DNA of 64,000 bases from Takakia lepidozioides (lineage: Eukaryota; Plantae; Bryophyta), in the NCBI GenBank assembly GCA_030704615.1, contig CM060734.1:4464001-4528000 (forward strand), written 5' to 3'. Shown here piece after piece: positions 48,347 through 60,250 of the stretch (position 1 is the stretch's first letter; every line of letters starts with the position of its first letter). The position numbers and the translations under genes were made by a program. Under the pieces are notes generated by a model. That model was not told where the DNA came from. It worked only from the letters and a program-made list of their open reading frames with translations, and did no database searches.

Positions 48347-51300
48347 TGTCGCGCACCTCACTTCGGTAAGCTCCCCCTCAAGTCATAGTTACTCGCTTTG
48401 ATGCGCGCGCCTGACTCCCAACCTGGCCGCCGGGCCAACTTGGAGCTTCGGCTGCTCACCGGGGCATAACGGTCCCCCTTTGTTCTCCCAAAGAACCCTC
48501 CACCAATTTGGAACCAGCGGGAATTCCCTTTGGTAGTGGCAGTCCGGAACAGCTCCCCACTCTTTGGTCGCTTTCCGGCTCGCTCGCTTACTCACTAGTT
48601 TTTGGTCACCAACGGGCTTGCACCGTTCTCGGGGTTACTACTCCCTATATATACTTCTGTAGCTGTCCGCGGGGGTTTCACAACCAGCCATGCCATTTTA
48701 TGGCGAACCACCACGAAAACCCTCGACTCCCGGTGATGAGTCGCGGTGAGTCTTGGCCCACTCACCACGGCCCCTATGGACCGTGATGAGTCCCAAGACT
48801 CCCCACGACTCCCACCACGAGGTCTCCGCCCCCATGGTGAGTCCTATGCCACCCCCACTAAGTCCCGCTAAGCTACCACCACCCCTTGTGGAGCCACCCC
48901 CACCGCAACCCGGTGTGCGGGGCTCCACCTAGTGAGCGCCTCCGCCTCCTTGAGTGCCTTGGGCACTCAAGGGTGCTTCAGCCCCCCATACCTATCGCTG
49001 CCGCTGCCCCCACCACAGGGGCAACCCCTCATGTGTCCCGACCCCCTGCCCTCAAGGCAAAGGGCCGCGACACACACCCCTACCAACAGGGAGTCGATGT
49101 CCTCATCGACTTGTCATTTTGTAGAAACGAACATCCAAGTTGTGGCGTCCCACATCAAGGAGTTTGTTTCCGTACCATGGCGTCCCATGGCAAAGAACCA
49201 AACCCCACACTTGACTCTACTCTCCACTAGCTAGTTCGGCCGACTTCCTCCAAGTCCCGGCCAAGGGTGGAGCCTCTCCAGCTCCTCCCAGTGCACTCTT
49301 CTTGGCCTACTTCAAGGCCAAGGAACGATCCTCCCCGAGGATCGAATCGCCTTACTGCAACAACATTGCTTGCGATCGCTCATGATGCCGCTTTTGGCAT
49401 CACCTTGAGCAAGGGTTCACCTGGAACCCTCTTTGACTAGGAAGATAACCTTGAACCAACCGTGCGCCCCAATCACTACAATTGGGTCCGCCTTGGAATG
49501 CTGGCCTGAGGTACGGGAACACGCCGAAGCCGCACTACGACTTCGTCCCGAGGCTACACGATTATAGTACGTGAACGGAAGCACGTAGCTTCCGCGTTAG
49601 CCCGCACTACAAGGCAACCCCCTCGGTAGCGCAGTTATAGTACGCGCACGCGCCAGGTGCGCACTAGCACGTGAACTCCCAAAGAAGGCGCAAGTTTCCT
49701 TGCCCCTTGGATGGGGGTCACCCGATTTCGGCACTACGCAAACACACGATTAACCCAATTTACCTCTCCCACTTTTATAAGCTAGCATGCATTCTACACA
49801 CTAGCCAACCATACCATGCATCACCATTCCAAACAAAATAGGACGCACAACATTTGGAAGCCATTTCATTTATAGCACGTTTTGTACAATACAAGTTTTT
49901 GCAATCGGATTCCTAAGCTAGCTAAGCCGGGCTAAGCATGCATTTCCGTCCCCCACGCTCCAAGGTTGATGTCCCCATCAACGCTTCTTCCGCTTTTGAG
50001 GTCGCCCTTCGAAAGCTGCAACCGCCTCGGATGCGTTTCCCATTTCTGAGGCACGCACCCAAGATGCCTCCACATGATGATAGCCCTTCCATTTGACGAG
50101 ATACTCCGTTTCTCGGTTCCTGAACCTCCTCGACTTAAGTATTGCCTCCACCTCGTACTCAGGTTCATTTTCATGATCCAACAGCATAGGTGGCGGACGC
50201 AACACTTGATGCCGATTCGGACGCGCTTCATCTTTGAAGTAAGGCTTCAAAAGGGAGACATGGAATACTGGGTGCACCTTGCTGTTTGCCGGCAGCTCCA
50301 ATTCATAACATCCTCATTCATAACCTTCCGAATGCGAAAGGGTCCCGCATACGGAGGTACGAACTTCGGACTCACTTCCGGAGGTAGTCGGAAATTCTTG
50401 ATGTTCAACCAGACCTCTGTACCTGCCTCAAACTTCACTTCCCTCCGCTTCCGATTCGCCTGCCTTTCATACCGTTTCCTAGCTTTGGCAATGTTGTACT
50501 TTGCGAGCTTCAACAAACGCTCGCGTTCTTCCAGTACCGCCGCTACTGCCGGTTCCTCAACGTCCTGGGCGGCCCAACTTGTCGGCACCAGAGGTGCTTT
50601 TCCATAGACCAATACGAAAGGGGAAACTCCCGTTGCGGAGTGTTCTGTGTTATTATAACAGAACTCTGCCGCGTCTAAGTGTTCCACCCAGTCTGTTTGG
50701 TCTGCCGACACGTAATTCCGCAAGATCTGCTTCACTACGGAATTCACTCTTTCTGTTTGGCCGTCGGAAGGCGGTGCTCATCTTCAGCCTCGTCCCCATC
50801 TTCTTCCAAAGTGCCCTCCAAAATTTACTCGTAAACTTTGGATCGCGGTCCGAGACAATATCCTTCGGGACTCCATGATGCTTTAAGACGTGGGCGAAGT
50901 AAAGTCGCCCTGTCTCCTGCGCCGTTGCCGTCTCCTTGGTGGGGATGAAATGGCCCATTTTACTGAACCTATCCACCACCACCATGATTGCATCGAATCC
51001 TTTTGACAGCGGCATAACAGTCATGAAATCCATCGAGACGCTTTCCCAAGTCCCCTCTGGAATCGGCAAGGGTTGTAACAGCCCCGCTTGCTTTTTGTAC
51101 TCGCTCCGGTTTTGTTGGCATGTGGTGCATGTCTTGACATACTCCTCTGCCTCCTCTCTCAGTTTGGGCCAGAAATACTCTTTCTTCAAGAGTGCCGCAG
51201 TGCGCTTGGCTCCGCCGTGGCCTGCAAGCGGGCTATCATGGCATTCTCTCAAGAGGCTATCTCTGATCCCTCCCTTTGGCACGTAGAGACGTTTTTGCTT

Positions 51301-54300
51301 ATACCGGAGCAGTCCATTTTGCAAGTGGAACTACGATTTAACCCCCATCCTCAAGTCCTGCATCACGGACTTCGCCAGCTCATCCTTCCGGCAAGCCTTC
51401 CGGATCTTCCTTTGGAGCGCCGTCTCGTCCCTGTACACAAACAAGAGCTGCTGCTTTCTACTTAAAGCATCGGCCACCACATTGTCCCGTCCCGGTTTGT
51501 ACTGGATATCCACGTCGAACACCGCCAAAGTATCTTGCCACCTAAGTTGTTTTGGGGACAACTTGGGCTGCGTGGCAAAATACTTCACTGTGACATTGTC
51601 CGTGAACACCTTCACTGGGTTGGAACCAACATAGTGGCGCCAAAGCTCGAGGCAATGCACCACCGCCTTCATCTCTTTTTCGTGCGTCGGCCACCGTCGC
51701 TCCACTTCATTCAGTTTCTTACTTTCGTAAGCCACTGGACGTCCATCTTGCATAAGTACACCCCCAATCGCGAAGTCCGATGCATCTGTATGAATCTCAA
51801 ACGGACGATCGAACTCGGGGATTTTCAAGACTGGAGCTTCCGCCATCCGCTGCTTCAATTCAGCAAAAGCTTGGCCACAAAAAGTGTTCCATGCCCAGAC
51901 TTTGGATTTACACAGAAGGTCGGACAGCGGCCCCGCGATCTTGGCGAAATTTCTCACATACTTCCGGTAATAGGAGGCGAGTCCTAGGAAGGATCGCACT
52001 CCCGGGACCGAAGTCGGAGGCTCCCAATCCAAGATCGCCCTCACCTTTCTGTCATCCATTTTGATCCCATCCTGTGTAATCACATGCCCCAAGAACTCCA
52101 CTTTCGTGACCCCGAATTCGCACTTTGAAGCTTTGGCGTACAGCTTCCCTTCCCGCAATTTTTGGAACACCCTTTTGAGGTGCTCCAGGTGCTCCTCCTT
52201 TGTTTTCGAGTACACCAAGATGTCGTCGATGTACACGATCACAAAGTCATCCAACCACTCCTGGAAAAGGCTGTTCATCAGCGTGCTAAATGTCGCTGGT
52301 GCATTGGTGAGCCCAAAAGGCATCACCAAGAACTCATATGAACCATACCTTGTCCTGCACGCGGTCTTCTCCTCATCTCCTTCCGCCACCCGAATTTGAT
52401 GATAGCCGGAGCGCAAGTCGATCCGGCTGAAATACTTCGCTCCTGCCAACCAATCGAAGAGGTCGCCGATCCTTGGCAAAGGGTACCGGTTTTTTATAGT
52501 CACCTTATTCAGAGCCCTGTAATCGACACACATCCGCAGCGTCCCATCCTTCTTGTCTGCGAATAGCACCGGGGCTCCGTAAGGTGACTTACTCGGCCGG
52601 ATGTACCCCTTTGACATTAGATCCTTGAGCTGAGTCTTCAGCTCGACCAACTCCTGTGGCTCAACCGGTAGGGTGCCTTGGCAGGTGGTTCCGTTCCCGG
52701 TATCACCTCAATCTTGTGGTCAACTCCTCTTCGCGGTGGCAAGCCGCTTGGTAAATCCTCCGGCATCACATCATGGTATTTCCCCAAAATCCCCTTGATC
52801 CAATCTGGGCTCGGCTCCCCATCGCCTTCTCCTTTCACTTCTCTAATGTAAAGCAAAAACTGGGGCTCGTGTGCCTCCTCCACGGCCCACTCCCTTGCTG
52901 ACAGAAGGTTTATTCACCCTCCCACGGATTTGGGCGTTTCCGACATTCGTAAGACCTCGCTACCATTCCCACAAGGCAACGTGACTACTCTCTTGCGGCC
53001 ATCTATGACCGCTCCGGATTTGCTCAAAAAGGTCATCCCCAAAATGAGATCTACTCCATCGATCTCGCAGATGGTGAAGTTCTCACGTCCCTCCCAGGAG
53101 TGCGACGCTCCTGTGTCCACCAACAACGACACGTTAGTTCCGGATATTATCCCATCCACGAACAATAACTGACTCCCTTTACGCAGGGCGCCAGTTTCCT
53201 GATACAACTCACAAGAATAGTTGCCTACCTTGCAAGTCCTGGCGACCACCGCTTCCACCAAGCGACTGATGGTATCTTCCGACAGCTCCGTGGTTGCCCG
53301 AGTCATGTTCAATTGTCGAGGTTTCGTGCACTTCTTGGCCATGTGCCCGGGCTCCCCGCAATTGAAACACACTCCATCAAAGGTCGCCTTCTGTCCGCCA
53401 TAAGCCGCTCCACCCGCTTTTCCTTTCGAAGCACCGGGTGCCGCCTTGACGTGTGAAGGCCCTCCCTTCGATTTCCACGTGCCATTGTCGCCGCGTGGCC
53501 TATCCCACTTCTTTTCCGGTCGGAAAGAGTCACCTTCCCGCCGGGTCTTCTTGTGGTTCAGCTCCGTACGGCCTTGTCTCTCACCCCTAGGGACATCCAA
53601 GAAACATTCAGCCCTCTCAATTGCCTCGTTCAAAGTTTTGGGTGGCTTCTCCTCCAACTTCCGTCTGGCCCATGGGGCCAGTCCCGCCACAAAGTTGAAG
53701 ACCATTTCTGGTTCTGCCATGTCCGCGACTTCGAGCAACAGCACATTGAAAGCCTGGACATACCCCCGAATGTCATCTGTTTGCTTCAAATTCCTCATCT
53801 TGTCCCGGGCAAGCCAGGACGCGTTGAGGGGCACAAACTGTCTCTTCATCAATTCCTTGAACCCACTCCAGTTCAAGGTTTCCGGGCTTGGACCTCGGTC
53901 GTGAAGGCGTTTCTGCCACCATTGTTGAGCATAGCCCCTCAAATAGGTGGGAGCCACTTCCACCCGATCCTCGTCACTCAACTTGACCGCCCGGAAGTAC
54001 TGCTCTAGCTCCAGGAGCCAGGTGTTGAGTGCCTTCCGATTTCGGACGCCCTCGAAGGTGCCGGGTTCCTTAGGCTTCACCTTAAACTTTGCCTTAGTGG
54101 AAGTGGCATTAGCCGCCTTCAACACGTCTTTCAACGTCCCGCCAAACTGCGCCGACAACCCTTCCCAAAAGGCTGCCGGCATGGGAGGCATCTCTTGGTT
54201 TGTCGAAGCTCTCAAGGATTCCTTGGGCTCCGACTCCTCGGATTCCTCCCGCTCTTGAGCGGCCTCGTTTTCGGAAACATGCATCGCTTCCTCAAATGGC

Positions 54301-55171
54301 CGCCTCGGTGACACGTCGCCCCCATCGGGCTCACCAGGATCATCATCTTTTGGGCCGTTCCACTTTCGCTTTGGCTTGCCCGACCCCATGATGAGGCCAA
54401 TCCCAAGGACGATCGCGTACTGAACTCTATGCTCTGATACCAAGTGTCGCGCACCTCACTTCGGTAAGCTCCCCCTCAAGTCATAGTTACTCGCTTTGAT
54501 GCGTGCGCCTGACTCCCAACCTGGCCGCCGGGCCAACTTGGAGCTTCGGCTGCTCACCGGGGCATAACGGTCGCCCTTTGTTCTCCCAAAGAACCCTCCA
54601 CCGATTTGGAATGAGCGGGAATTCCCTTTGGTAGTGGCAGTCCGGAACAGCTCCCCACTCTTTGGTCGCTTTCCGGCTCGCTCGCTTACTCACTAGTTTT
54701 TGGTCACCAACGGGCTTGCACCGTTCTCGGGGTTACTACTCCCTATATATACTTCTGTAGCTGTCCGCGGGGGTTTCACAACCAGCCATGCCATTTTATG
54801 GCGAACCACCATGAAAACCCTCGACTCCCGGTGATGAGTCGCGGTGAGTCTTGGCCCACTCACCACGGCCCCTATGGACCGTGATGAGTCCCAAGACTCC
54901 CCACGACTCCCACCACGAGGTCTCCGCCCCCATGGTGAGTCCTATGCCACCCCCACTAAGTCCCGCTAAGCTACCACCACCCCTTGTGGAGCCACCCCCA
55001 CCGCAACCCGGTGTGCGGGGCTCCACCTAGTGAGCGCCTCCGCCTCCTTGGGTGCCTTGGGCACTCAAGGGTGCTTCAGCCCCCCATACATATCGCTGCC
55101 GCTGCCCCCACCACAGGGGCAATCCCTCATGTGTCCCGACCCCCCTGCCCTCAAGGCAAAGGGCCGCGACA
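48347..55171 (-). mobile_element. Family C chromovirus (Ty3/gypsy), near full length
   Basis: LTRs 55171-54445 and 49072-48347 (TGTCG...CGACA, highly similar); TSD CAAAC; tRNA-iMet PBS 54442-54431; gag, PR (VDTGASH), RT (YIDD), RH, INT with GPF and chromodomain EYEVEAIL...YLVKWKGY...SW; several frameshifts. Confidence 0.95.
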
Positions 55172-58100
55172 CAAACGAAGCGTGGGGAAGTACCTGAAAC
55201 CACCATGTCATGCGGTTCATCCACATGTCGAATGTGGGGTCAGAGAGTTTGTCCGGTTTGGGGAAGCTCCACATGTCCCTGGTACTTTGGGAACCATTCC
55301 AGATTTGGAGCCATCGGGTCTGTCCAACCACCCAGCATATTCGTAAGCGCCAAACACCACAAAAAGGAGTTGTTGCCACCACAATTTGATTAAGAATGTA
55401 TCACCTTTTCTGTTGCATCCACACAGGATGTGGCTAGACGATGGAGCTTCTCCAATGTCATCATGGGCTTCAGAGCGCGAGAGTAGTTCCCCACCTCCTC
55501 CAGAAAGTCGGCACCAAGGGCAGGATCAGCTATGGCCACGTACTTTACCATCCGCGACTTGTACTTTATGCGGGCCCTCACCTCCGCAGCTTTGACATAC
55601 GATTCGAGTGCCGGGAGGGTTGGATTCTTCTCCTCTGACTCCATGTAGAACCTCCGCGCATGTGCCAAATCCTGCTGTATTTTCGTATGTCAAGAATGCG
55701 CACATAAGATTAGAGATCCTGCTCAACACAATTTCTTCTATTGGGGGAGGAGATTAGAAATCACGGTGAAGACCTTTTCTTCTATTGGGGGAGGAGAGAC
55801 AGATTAGCTCAACAAAACTGTCAGGAGCTTTACCCGAAATATGTAGTCCACCATGGCATCGACGCTCAGCCTATACCAGGTTTTGTCTGCCTTTGCCTCC
55901 GACTTGCGCAGGAGGTCGGCACTGAGGGAATTGGCAAACTCTTGCACCCCCTGCTTCCCGACATCCTTCACTCGGAAGAGCATATGGGACAAGTTGGTGG
56001 CAATGAAGGCATTCTCAGTCACCCTGCAGTGCCACATTTCCATCAAACAATACTGAAATTGGAATTTTCATCATATATGAGGATTCGCAATGAAATGACT
56101 TCCAAATTCAAAGTCCAAAAGCGAGAGGCGTTGTAACTTACGAGTTGATGTCCGCCATTGCAGCTTTGAGAAGACTGCGATCTTTGGGCCCCGCAACCTT
56201 CAGCACAACACAATCCACGGTGAAATGCCAATCGAGGTCGTTGGGGTGGGCTTGGGCAATGTGCTCCATCCATGCCAGGAGGCGATGATTGCCGTCCCAC
56301 ACGTAGAACATCTTACCGGACAAGTGCTGGAAAAGAGGATCACTAGCAATCGATCTCTCGAACTCCTCATTTCGCGTTTGCCAATGGGGACCCCATTTGT
56401 CCACCTCATCGGAAGTGTGGGCACGGGAAGCTCCGTGGTCGTTCTCAATGGAAACGTAAAACGCGGTAGACCCCATTCGATATCCATCCCAGAAAGAGAA
56501 TTTCAGCTTGTCAATATCGCCTGGGAGGGCAGGTCTCACCACCTGCAATGACACCAAGCGGCAAAGGGGAATTCGAAGCGTGGCCGGGTACACCATGCCC
56601 CCCAGCACCCTGCCAATCTTGCTATGGGTTGCCTCCAACATCTTGGCAGCGGCCAACTTCATATCCGCCTCAGACATGACGTCTGCTGCAGAGGGGTTTT
56701 CCGGCAGCCCACCAGGACCGCCAAATCTAGCCTGTATGCTCTGGGTTTGGGGCCTGGGGATGTCCGGGAGGATGTCATCCTGGTCAGAAAGCTCCTTGTC
56801 ATCCTCCTCAACAGGGTCAGCCACCTGCGAAACCACCTCCAGCACTCTCCCCGTCTCTATTGTCCTCTCCCTGGCTTCACCTCGAACTTGCACAATCCGT
56901 GCTCTTTCTGGTGTTCTTTCCTCTCCTCCACTCTCCACCGTATGGGTAATTGCAGGGGCTGCTCTTGCCCGCGATGGTCTAACCGGTGTGTTGCTGCCTC
57001 TTTGTGGTGTCTTGGAGGGATCCACCGTCTCTGTGCGTCCCTCACTTACATGGGAATCTGTCAGTTCGGAACCCCTGGCCTCTTCAGTGGCCTTTTCTCT
57101 TTCATCCTGGCTAGCCTTGTGTCTTGCCTGTTCTTTTGCCCTCTCACGGGCTTTCTGTTTCTTATTAGGGCTAGCAGCAGGGGAGCCCGGATGGACGACC
57201 ACCTTTGAGGTAGGCGAACTGACACCCTCGCGCGAACTGCGAACTCCCCCCTCCGCAACCCGTGACGGCTCTCACGCCGGGGATTGCACGTGCTTGGCTT
57301 TCTTCTTCTTCTTTGCTTGGACGGGCCCTACTGCTTCTGCATCAACAACCTCCATTGCCGGATCTGCTGTTCTCACTTCCTCACGCCCTTCACCTGCCAT
57401 GAGGCCTGCACCAACCTCCCCAATGCCTATTTTGTCGTACTCTCGCTGCAGGTCCTCCCGTCCACCAACAAAAGGTTGAAGTTTGCCATCTCGCTCCAAG
57501 GTGGGCGGTTCAAACATGCGATGAGTTGCAGCAGTCGGTGATACCACCAGCGTGCCGGGCTCGTCGTCACTCTGTCATTCCCAAAATCGTGAGAACCAAC
57601 ATCGGTGCCAAAACCAGCATCGCAACCACCATAGCAACAATCGTGTAACAAAAATGAAAACATAACAAGTTTAGGAAGTATGGAGAACCATGCAACAACA
57701 ATGAAAACAAATGCAACCATTGCCTGAGAATGACATGCACAAGCAACCTTCTCCAGAGCTGCCGGATTTGCACACGCATTGCAAACAATCTAAGGTTCAC
57801 TCAACTATCTAAGGTTCACTCATCCAGCGAAGCCAGGATGAAGATGCAAAAACAAAGCGAGGCAACAAAGCGAAAGCGAAAGCGAAAGCAAAAGCGAAAT
57901 CGAACAAAGCGAAAGCAGAAGTGGCTTGCCTGAGAGTACTCGGCTTCAGTTGGCACGGGTTGTGAGCAAGACACTGGAATCTCTTGCTGGAGCTTCAGTT
58001 TGGCCATGAGAGAGATTGGCCGTCGTCCGTAGTACAGAGCTTTCAACTTCCGCCGCGGTCTGGATGTGAGGTCTCTCTCAGGAGAGCCACGCCCTTCAGG

Positions 58101-58319
58101 CGGCATAAGTCCCAGCCAAAATGGAAAAAGATCTCCGTTTTTGGGGTACATGCCTCGAATAGCATGTTAAGCCAAGATTAGCATCAGATTTAGGGTACGT
58201 ATCCAGGAAGCCATGTGTCGCCAGCCCGAATGAAAACGGATGGCGGTGGACATTTATTGCCCAACTGCGCAATTAAATGTCGGATGAAGCCCTCCATGTC
58301 GGATGAAAATCGACGGAAC

Positions 58320-60000
58320 TCGGCCCGGAATTTCCAACGTAGAGGTAATTCGGAGCGCTGCAGGATGGAAATCCGGCGCCGGATTTCCATCCTGCAGGTA
58401 ATTCGGAGCGCAGCAGGATGGAAATTCAGCGCCGAATTTCCATCTTGCAAGGTAGGGCGGCGCGCGAAATTTCCCTCACGCAGGTAATTCAGAAGCGGAT
58501 GGATGGAAATCCGGCGCCGGATTTCCATCCGCGCAGGTAGGGCGGCGCGCCAAATTTCCCTCACGCAGGTAATTCGGAGGCGGATGTCCATCCGCAAGGT
58601 TGGTCGGAGAGCAGATGGATAGAGATCCGGCGCCGAATTTCCATCTTGCAGGTAATTCGAATCCCGGATGGATGGAAATCCGGCGCCGAATTTCCATCCA
58701 ACAGGTAAGTCGGATCGCTGGCATATGGATATTCGGCGCCGAATTTCCATTCGCCAGGTATTTCGAAGCGCTGAATTACCTTCCTGCAGGTAATTCTGAG
58801 CGTGTCCGATTGATTTTTCGGAGAAAAACAAACCTAACTGTTTGTTTTGTGGCTGAAGTGCACTTGTAGACACGTTTTTCTTGGAATCCTTGACTGCTAG
58901 AGGCAAATCGGAACAGCCTCGGACGGAAATTCGGCGTCGTTTTTCCATTCTGGGAGGTTTTTACGACTTCCTTTGAGGGGGCCCCGATGGAAATTCGGCG
59001 CCGAATTTCCATCCGGGGGATGGTCTCTGTCGGAGAGGTGCCGGCCTCTCCGCCGCTCTGTTGGATATTCGGTGCTGAATTTCCGTCCGGGGTTGAAATA
59101 TGACGGCCAGGTGCCGGCTTCTCCCCCCTCCCTGACTGCATTGGAACGGCCCCGGATGGAAATTCGGCGCCGTTTTTCCATCTGGGGAGGTTTTTATGTC
59201 GGCCAGTTTTCGGCCTGACCCCCCGACACGACTTCCTTTGGGGGGGCCCGGATGGAAATTCGGCGGCAAATCTCCATATAGGGGATGCTCTCTGTCGAAC
59301 ACGTGCCGGCCTCTACGCCCGAGGCGACTTCATCCGGGCGTCCCCTGTTGGATATTCGGTGCCGAATTTCCGTCCGGGGGTTGAAATGTGACGGCCAGGT
59401 GCCGGCCTCTCCCCCCTCCCTGACTGCATCCGAACCGCCCCGGATGGAAATTCGGCGCCGTTTTTCCATCTGGGGATGTTTTTATGCCGGCCAGTTTTTG
59501 GCCTGACCCCCCGACACAACTTCCTTTGGGGGGGCCCGGATGGAAATTCGGCGCCGAATGTCCATCCAGGGGATGTTCTCTGTCGCACACGCGCCGGCCT
59601 CTGTGCCCGAGGCGACTTCATCCGGGCTTCCCCTGTTGTATATTCGCTGCCGAATTTCCGTCCGGGGGTTGTAATGTGAGGGCCAGATGGCGGCCTTTCC
59701 CCGAGCCGACTGCATCCGAAAGGCCTCGGATGGAAATTCGGCGCCGTTTTTCCATCCGCGGAGGTTTTTAGGTCGGCCAGTTTTCGGCCTGACCCCCCGA
59801 TAGGACTTCCTTTGGGTGGATCCGAATGGAAATTCGGCGCTGAATTTCCATCCGGGGGATGTTTTCTGTCGGACAGGTGCCGCATCTCTGCCCCAGACGA
59901 CTTCATCCGTGCGGCCCCTGTTGGGTATTGGGTGCCGAATTTCCATTCGGGGGTAGTAATGTGACGGCACGGTGCCGGCTTCTCCCCTTCAGCCGACATC
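58320..60000. repeat. Array of GATGGAAATTCGGCGCCGAATTTCCATC palindromes (short-period block, then ~290-bp higher-order units)
   Basis: A perfect 28-bp palindrome at 58986-59013 and roughly 20 variants. Higher-order repeats begin near 59150, 59440 and 59725. Confidence 0.9.
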
Positions 60001-60250
60001 ATCCGGACGGCCCCCCACTTTCTGACTGCATACCGTTGGCAGTTATTGCGCAAAGACCAGGGGCCGCATTCCGGAGACAAGGTTCATTAACACTCTGACT
60101 CTGGATTTTTGAGATAGTTGGCTCCCTGGATTTGGATCAGGCTTCGTCGCTCGGACAAATCGGCACCGCATTCCTTCCCATCGCTGCATCCCCCTTCTAC
60201 CAGGGAGCTTCCCCGCACGCCATCCTGGCAGTCTTGTGTGCACATCTCCC

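Larger units (their letters stand above)
44900..57547 (-). pseudogene. Multi-exon gene: ParB/Srx-like N-terminal domain ... beta-class amino-DNA-methyltransferase-like C-terminal domain (single gene inferred)
   Basis: FYVWDGNHRLLAW at ~56300. With frameshifts corrected, YDMILxDI(P)D...VPT(W)NRFTEDYWKVGFGLAGMLLDDGG lies at ~46280-46140 and PWRG...RSPAFIQTLMETCSDVQGRILDLTCGTG|AS..AGKLSDRHVFAFEPD at ~45750-45505. GT-AG introns are present and all exons are on one strand. Confidence 0.6.

Noticed and set aside
56508-57479. 323-aa plus-strand ORF and other antisense ORFs over gag/pol genes
   Set aside because: These are shadow frames of better-supported opposite-strand genes and show no motifs.
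57860-57920. KRKRKQ basic peptide / nuclear localisation signal
   Set aside because: It is a simple AAAGCG microsatellite in non-coding sequence upstream of the ParB gene.
58320-60000. CRISPR-like array of palindromic repeats
   Set aside because: The intervening sequences are themselves repeated in ~290-bp units, spacing is irregular, no cas genes are present and the context is eukaryotic.
58190-60080. Long ORFs with MEIRRRISI / WKFGAEF repeats (similarly 3804-4515)
   Set aside because: They are artefacts of translating the palindrome arrays and are open in several frames on both strands.
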